From: Bacteroidia bacterium
Lineage (GTDB): Bacteria; Bacteroidota; Bacteroidia; UKL13-3
DNA length: 64,000 nt
Direction of reading: 5' to 3'
Assembly (NCBI GenBank): GCA_044239605.1
Contig: JBIIBC010000003.1
Coordinates: 50,056 to 114,055, forward strand
Shown: positions 58,700 through 64,000 of the stretch, in pieces
How positions within the stretch are numbered: position 1 is the first letter of the stretch
Layout of the letters: each line of letters opens with the position of its first letter
The notes under the pieces: model-generated
The model's input: only the letters and a program-made list of their open reading frames with translations
Told to the model about the DNA's origin: nothing
Database searches by the model: none
Translations under genes and position numbers: made by a program

Positions 58700-59374
58700 G
58701 TGGTTTTTGCAAGTAATTATTATTTTGCCAACTTTAATACACCAAAAACTATTTTGATTCAAACTATTTTAAAAGGGTATGGAACTGGACTAATACTTTC
58801 GCTATCATTTGGCGCAGGTTTTTTTTCATTGCTACATACTAGTATTGATAGAGGTTATAAAAAAGGATTATTAATAGCCTTGGGTATGGTTATTAGCGAT
58901 TTGCTGTTTATTGCCCTCTGCGTATTTGCTGCAAGTTTTGTAGAAAATCAATTGCGCCAGCTCGATTCTGAAATACGTTTGATAGGTTTTGTGGCATTAC
59001 TTATATTAGGCATAAGTACTTACCTTAAAAAACCAAACGATCCAAATGAAATACAACCACCTGCAAGTGGTAACTTTATTTATATAATGAAAGGCATTAT
59101 GCTCAATAGCATAAACCCCTTAACACTTTTGTTTTGGTTGGGTTTAGCTGCATTTATTAAAAGTAACCTACCTACCCTATTAGAAGTAGTGGTTTTTTTT
59201 AGTGTTACCTTGGGCGCCATGTTTTTTCACCAATTTATTATTTGCTATTCGGCTAATAAAGTGAAACACTTATTATCAATTAAAAAACAACAATTACTGA
59301 ATCATATTATTGGGATTGTGTTTGTAGTAGTGGCTTTTGTTTTGGTATGGCCAGTGGTGCAAAAAATCATTTAA
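58700..59374 (+). CDS. LysE/RhtB-family amino-acid exporter
   Basis: 224 aa with six TM helices and LysE-type N-terminal topology. The true start is uncertain. Confidence 0.5.
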   Translation: MVFASNYYFANFNTPKTILIQTILKGYGTGLILSLSFGAGFFSLLHTSIDRGYKKGLLIALGMVISDLLFIALCVFAASFVENQLRQLDSEIRLIGFVALLILGISTYLKKPNDPNEIQPPASGNFIYIMKGIMLNSINPLTLLFWLGLAAFIKSNLPTLLEVVVFFSVTLGAMFFHQFIICYSANKVKHLLSIKKQQLLNHIIGIVFVVVAFVLVWPVVQKII

Positions 59375-59424
59375 GTTATTAGGTTGGAAAATATACTTTC
59401 GTAAAAATATTATTTAGAAAAACT

Positions 59425-60696
59425 ATGCAAAGAGACACCGTTATATTTGATTTAATTAATCAAGAAAAAAGCCGCCAAGAACATGGCATTGAGTTAATTG
59501 CCTCAGAAAATTTTACAAGCCCACAAGTAATGGAAGCTATGGGAAGCGTATTAACCAATAAATATGCTGAAGGCTTACCAGGTAAACGCTATTATGGTGG
59601 TTGCGAAATTGTTGACGTAGTTGAAAATTTAGCTATTGATAGATTAAAACAAATGTTTGGTGCTACTTGGGCCAATGTTCAACCTCACTCGGGAGCGCAA
59701 GCTAATGCTGCAGTAATGTTAGGTTGCTTAAACCCTGGAGATAAAATTTTAGGTTTCGATCTTTCGCATGGTGGACATTTAACACACGGTTCGCCTGTTA
59801 ATTTTTCGGGTAAATTATATGTTCCTTCGTTTTATGGTGTGGAGCAAGAAACTGGTTTAATTGATTGGAATAAAGTAGAAGCAAAAGCACATGCTGAAAA
59901 ACCAAAAATGATCATTTGTGGTGCTTCGGCTTATAGCCGCGATTGGGATTATGCCCGTTTACGTGCAATTGCAGATAGTGTTGGTGCTATTTTATTAGCC
60001 GATATTTCTCACCCAGCAGGTTTAATTGTTGGAAAATTATTGAACGATCCAATTCAACATTGCCATATTGTTACTTCTACTACTCATAAAACTTTACGTG
60101 GACCTCGCGGTGGTATTGTAATGATGGGTAATGATTTTGAAAATCCATTCGGACAAAAAACGTTGAAAGGTGAATTGAAAATGATGAGTGCTGTTTTGGA
60201 TGGTGCTGTTTTTCCTGGAACTCAAGGCGGACCCTTAGAGCATGTTATTGCTGCTAAGGCAGTAGCTTTTGGCGAGTGTTTAACTGATGATTACAAAATT
60301 TATGTAAAACAAGTGGCAGTTAATGCGCAAGCTATGGCCAATGCATTTGTAAACCGTGGTTATAAAATTATTTCTGGTGGAACCGATAATCACTTGATGT
60401 TAATTGATTTGCGTAGCAAAAACTTAACTGGAAAATTAGCCGAAGCTGCTTTAGGCAAAGCTGATATTACCATTAACAAAAACATGGTTCCTTTTGATGA
60501 TAAATCACCATTTGTAACAAGTGGAATGCGCGTAGGTACTGCTGCTATTACCACTCGTGGTATGATGGAAGCCGATATGGAACAAATTGTTGATTATATT
60601 GACATTGCGTTAATGAACAATGATAACGAAACCACCCTTGCCGATATTAGAAAAAACATCAATACTTGGATGGCTAAGTTTCCATTGTATAAATAA
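59425..60696 (+). CDS. glyA: serine hydroxymethyltransferase
   Basis: 423 aa. PLP-lysine region [14 protein letters not shown] and conserved N-terminal folate-binding residues. Confidence 0.9.
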   Translation: MQRDTVIFDLINQEKSRQEHGIELIASENFTSPQVMEAMGSVLTNKYAEGLPGKRYYGGCEIVDVVENLAIDRLKQMFGATWANVQPHSGAQANAAVMLGCLNPGDKILGFDLSHGGHLTHGSPVNFSGKLYVPSFYGVEQETGLIDWNKVEAKAHAEKPKMIICGASAYSRDWDYARLRAIADSVGAILLADISHPAGLIVGKLLNDPIQHCHIVTSTTHKTLRGPRGGIVMMGNDFENPFGQKTLKGELKMMSAVLDGAVFPGTQGGPLEHVIAAKAVAFGECLTDDYKIYVKQVAVNAQAMANAFVNRGYKIISGGTDNHLMLIDLRSKNLTGKLAEAALGKADITINKNMVPFDDKSPFVTSGMRVGTAAITTRGMMEADMEQIVDYIDIALMNNDNETTLADIRKNINTWMAKFPLYK

Positions 60697-60751
60697 GTTG
60701 AATTGTTAAATTGATAGATTGTTGAATTTTTATTATAACAACTAAAAATAA

Positions 60752-60788
60752 AAAATCCCTTTCAAGTAAAATTGAAAGGGATTTTTTT
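60752..60788. terminator. bidirectional intrinsic terminator
   Basis: ATCCCTTTCAA-loop-TTGAAAGGGAT, a perfect 11-bp stem, then TTTTTTT. Confidence 0.8.
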
Positions 60789-60800
60789 ATGTAAGAAATA

Positions 60801-62066
60801 TTATAAATGTGAAGACTGTTTTAACAAAACAAAATCTTTCAATTTTTTGCCAATTAATAAGGCAACTCTTAATTCATTTTTAGATTGTAATGACTTCTTC
60901 AAATCACAAAGTTCAGTGTTACTTAATTTTCCTATTTCATTATTATCAATTTTCAAAACCTGCTGCCCAATTTTAAATCCAGCTTTTTTAGTTTCATTAT
61001 TTTCCCAAACAAAATTTATTACCAATTGGTTAGAGTCGTTTAAGCCAAATCCAATATCAAAAATATTGTTTAATGTGGTATCAAAGTTTATAGGCGTAAA
61101 TATCATTTTCTTTTCTAAAAAATTATATACAAATACGTTTCTTTTTAACAATGCAGAACCAATAGTTGGTTTACAACTACAAATGGTAGCAGGAATATTT
61201 GTAATAAATCCCGATTGTGTTTTGAATGAATCTATTTTCAAATTTGATACATATGAATTTTGAATAGAAAATGCGGCAAGTGCATACTGTCCAAATCCTA
61301 CCTTTCTTTTAAGTTTTTTATACTTTTTCGATTTCCATAAAACATCATCATTCGATTGAAAGTAACCAGAAAAGCCTGAGTCAATAAGCGCGTAAAAAGC
61401 TATTTGGTCATAACTTAATTGAACCAAAGGAAGGCGAGAATCCGTAAATTCAATATTAAACTCTGTGCTGTTTATTTCCTTTTTAAATGCTGTTTTTGAA
61501 AATGAAATCATTTGATTAGTGGGATCTAATTTCCAATTACATAATTTAATTAAACTTGTTCCAATAACTCCATCAATTTTTACACAACCTAAATTTGCCA
61601 ATCTATCAGTATTAGCCACTAAGCAAACTATGTTGTTAAATGAACTTTTACCAATACTAATATTTTTAAAAACTAAGTTTGCATTATTTTCTTTTCCACC
61701 TGCATCTTCAATTGGCAAAGTACTTTCAATATTGGCCTTACCTGCAATTTCACTAGAAATAAAACATCCTGAGGCACCTGTATCAAATAAGAAAAGATAT
61801 TTCTTACCATCAATAACCACTTCAACAAAAGGAACATTATCTCGTTGGTAAATAATTGGAACTGATTCTACACTATCGTTTCCCATTATTAAAACACCAG
61901 AGTTTAATAATTGCTCCTCATTTTTATTGGGTGTTTGAGCAAAAAGGTTTACACCAAACAATGATAAAAAAAATAATATGCTGCATACTTTCATAAATAA
62001 TATATTTAATTGGTTGATGCCTTGCTCGTTTAAAGTGTTCCTTTGAATGATGTATTTATTTTTCAT
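60801..62066 (-). CDS. retropepsin-like aspartyl protease family protein with a C-terminal PDZ-like domain
   Basis: 421 aa. Signal peptide, DTGAS motif and a second D-S-G pseudo-repeat. The C-terminal region looks like a PDZ domain. Confidence 0.5.
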   Translation of the reverse strand: MKNKYIIQRNTLNEQGINQLNILFMKVCSILFFLSLFGVNLFAQTPNKNEEQLLNSGVLIMGNDSVESVPIIYQRDNVPFVEVVIDGKKYLFLFDTGASGCFISSEIAGKANIESTLPIEDAGGKENNANLVFKNISIGKSSFNNIVCLVANTDRLANLGCVKIDGVIGTSLIKLCNWKLDPTNQMISFSKTAFKKEINSTEFNIEFTDSRLPLVQLSYDQIAFYALIDSGFSGYFQSNDDVLWKSKKYKKLKRKVGFGQYALAAFSIQNSYVSNLKIDSFKTQSGFITNIPATICSCKPTIGSALLKRNVFVYNFLEKKMIFTPINFDTTLNNIFDIGFGLNDSNQLVINFVWENNETKKAGFKIGQQVLKIDNNEIGKLSNTELCDLKKSLQSKNELRVALLIGKKLKDFVLLKQSSHL

Positions 62067-62081
62067 TTAGCTAAATTGGCT

Positions 62082-62756
62082 TTAAAATATTTCTATAAAA
62101 TACCCAATTTGCAAAAAATCTCTTCCTGTTTCATCATTAATTTTATAGTCGAATTGGTGTAAATAACCAACTTGCAAAGTGGTTGATTTTGATGGTTTGT
62201 AATTAAATGCAACTTGCATTCTGTTTCTTTCAAAATAGGGCTCATTATCGGTAAAGAAAATTTCGTTGCTTGTACTAACTTGATAAGGTTTATAATTATT
62301 TTTTTCTTTACCAAATGGGTAAGACAAACCTAATCTATACCTAAACCTATTTCTATAACCATTGGAAGTAAACCTTAACTCTGTGCGATATCGTTGCTCA
62401 ATTTTTAATTTTCCTAACGATTGAAATAAAACAATTTGCGGCCAAATTCTGAATTCATTGTTATTTTTTGGAGTTAAAAAATCTCCACCTTCCCTGTAGG
62501 TTTGATAACTACCTGCACCTAGGGTAAATGTGGCATTATTATTAAACTTATAATTAAACCCTGCCTTGTATTCGTAATAGTGGAAATTATTATAGAATTT
62601 TAAGGAACGCAACTGCGATTCCCCAAATAAACTCCATTTGTTATTTACATTCAATTTTAAATTGACAATATTCCAACTGCCTAAATCAAAGTTTTGAGCT
62701 ACGATTATTTGAGTTGACAAAATGAGTATTAAGGTTACAAGTGAAACTCGTTTCAT
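62082..62756 (-). CDS. outer-membrane beta-barrel protein (DUF2490-like)
   Basis: 224 aa. Signal peptide, amphipathic beta-strands, C-terminal Phe. Confidence 0.4.
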   Translation of the reverse strand: MKRVSLVTLILILSTQIIVAQNFDLGSWNIVNLKLNVNNKWSLFGESQLRSLKFYNNFHYYEYKAGFNYKFNNNATFTLGAGSYQTYREGGDFLTPKNNNEFRIWPQIVLFQSLGKLKIEQRYRTELRFTSNGYRNRFRYRLGLSYPFGKEKNNYKPYQVSTSNEIFFTDNEPYFERNRMQVAFNYKPSKSTTLQVGYLHQFDYKINDETGRDFLQIGYFIEIF

Positions 62757-62774
62757 ATTTTATTTAAAAACAAC

Positions 62775-63272
62775 TTACTTCTTTTCAATCATTGAAATTG
62801 ATTTTTGAAATATATGTGAATTTGGAATGGTAATTAATTCGCCACCAGTTGTTTTTAGATGAACAAAAAAATAAGTTAAGTCAATTACTTCGCCCTCAAA
62901 AGGGCAATCTTTATCTAGTACTTTAATGGTATCGCCTATTTTTACAGGGTGATTAAAAAACAACAATAAGCTGGAAGTAATATTTGACAACAATGACCAT
63001 TGCGCAAAAAAAGCAATACCTAATGCTGTTAAAAGTGTTCCCACAAAAACCGCAATTTCGCTTTGTTTTAAACCCCAAATAGCTGATAGCAAAATGGTAA
63101 CAGTTAAGAAACTTAAAATATGAACCGACTTAATAATCATTTTTCTTCTACCCCTTTGTAAGTGGGTATTCTTGAGTGAATTATTAACAAATGTTGTTGT
63201 AATATAATACACCAAAAGATAACTGATAACAACTAAACTGCTCTCAATAAGTTGAATTTTATATGGTTCCAT
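62775..63272 (-). CDS. small mechanosensitive ion channel (MscS family)
   Basis: 165 aa with three TM helices and an MscS beta-domain (IKIGDTIKVLD...GEVIDLTYFFVHLKT). Confidence 0.6.
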   Translation of the reverse strand: MEPYKIQLIESSLVVISYLLVYYITTTFVNNSLKNTHLQRGRRKMIIKSVHILSFLTVTILLSAIWGLKQSEIAVFVGTLLTALGIAFFAQWSLLSNITSSLLLFFNHPVKIGDTIKVLDKDCPFEGEVIDLTYFFVHLKTTGGELITIPNSHIFQKSISMIEKK

Positions 63273-63313
63273 TATTTTATTTAAAATAAATTATTTAAAG
63301 AAAACAAATTTAA

Positions 63314-64000
63314 TTATTTCCAGCCGCCACCCAAAGCTTTATAAATGTTTACACCTGCTAGTTTTAAATTTTTATTGTTTATAATTAATTCTAATTCGGC
63401 TTGTAATGAACCTTGCTGGGCAATTAACACTTCTAAATAAGTAGCCTTCCCAACCATAAATAATTGATTCGATGTTTCAACCGATTGATTCAAAATTAGA
63501 GATTTTTGCTTTTTTAGGTTATTCATTTCTTTCAAATTTTGAACATTGGAAAGCTCGTTTGATACTTCTACAAATCCATTCAAAATTGTTTTTTGATAAT
63601 CGAAAATTGCGTTAAGTTGACCAGCTTTTGCTGTATTAAAATGGGCCTTTAATGCATTTCTATTTACCACAGGAGTAACTAAATTTCCAAGAGTATTGTA
63701 GGCTAACGATGCAGGTGCTTGAAATAAAAACTGAGGGTCGAAGGCTTGAAAACCAAAGCCTGCCGTAATATTTAAATTTGGATAAAAAGCGGCTTTAGCC
63801 GATTTTAAATCAAAATTACTTGCCTCAACCATTAACTCCGATTTACGAATATCAGGTCTGTTTTTCAATAATTGTGAAGGAATACCTGCATTAAAATCTT
63901 GAGCAATTTCTTTATCAAGCAGCTCTTTATTCCTGGTAATTGTTTGTGGGAATCTTCCAATTAAAAAATTGATTTTATTTTCAAATAGAACTATTCGTTG
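63314..64000 (-). CDS. TolC/NodT-family outer membrane efflux protein; only the C-terminal part is in the window
   Basis: The ORF tracked to 63868 is an internal TTG. I checked codon by codon that the frame stays open to the window edge (…TRNKELLDKEIAQDFNAGIPSQLLKNRPDIRKSE…). C-terminal TolC repeat features are present. Confidence 0.55.
   Translation of the reverse strand, partial: QRIVLFENKINFLIGRFPQTITRNKELLDKEIAQDFNAGIPSQLLKNRPDIRKSELMVEASNFDLKSAKAAFYPNLNITAGFGFQAFDPQFLFQAPASLAYNTLGNLVTPVVNRNALKAHFNTAKAGQLNAIFDYQKTILNGFVEVSNELSNVQNLKEMNNLKKQKSLILNQSVETSNQLFMVGKATYLEVLIAQQGSLQAELELIINNKNLKLAGVNIYKALGGGWK

Noticed and set aside
60772-61263. The 163-aa plus-strand ORF, and other 60-120-aa ORFs antisense to long genes (2960..3193, 4470..4754, 5867..6235, 6894..7151, 14298..14707, 15633..15836, 19263..19541, 22273..22552, 23162..23371, 26961..27347, 38939..39184, 41558..41812, 45038..45346, 49271..49591, 53119..53487, 54013..54588, 61519..61851, 62093..62314 and similar).
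   Set aside because: Each is fully embedded in, or opposite to, a long well-supported CDS. They have low-complexity translations typical of AT-rich antisense frames, and none has a recognisable domain.

Overview
This window looks like a low-GC, AT-rich chromosomal segment from a Bacteroidota genome, most likely Flavobacteriia or Sphingobacteriia. The phylum call rests on several T9SS C-terminal sorting domains, a type III glutamine synthetase, a Bacteroidota-style atp operon (atpZ-like, atpI-like, then atpB-E-F-H-A-G, with atpDC absent), a long PurF, and short-leader genes with frequent TTG/GTG starts.

Most of the window is housekeeping. Named or confidently recognised genes are purF, glnN, pbpC, comEC, lgt, speB-like, map, lpxH, asd, murF, the atp operon, kup and glyA. 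There is one tRNA-Met(CAT) and many intrinsic terminators.

The less ordinary content is:
- a 16-bp tandem repeat array immediately upstream of a GH57 gene;
- a tandem array of three paralogous lipoprotein genes, each preceded by a conserved ~150-bp twin-hairpin element, the whole array bounded by 29-bp direct repeats;
- an ABC-MFP-OMF export operon whose ABC ATPase domain lacks the catalytic Glu, the H-loop His and the LSGGQ signature, with a 28-codon ORF 6 bp upstream;
- gene remnants (an orphan T9SS C-terminal domain and a decayed pbpC 5' fragment) marking a past rearrangement;
- a compact nucleotidyltransferase plus small-ORF pair that resembles a toxin-antitoxin module;
- a DinD/Bro-N-like gene that looks compositionally atypical and sits next to a GC-rich perfect palindrome.

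I see no CRISPR array, rRNA, transposase or integrase.
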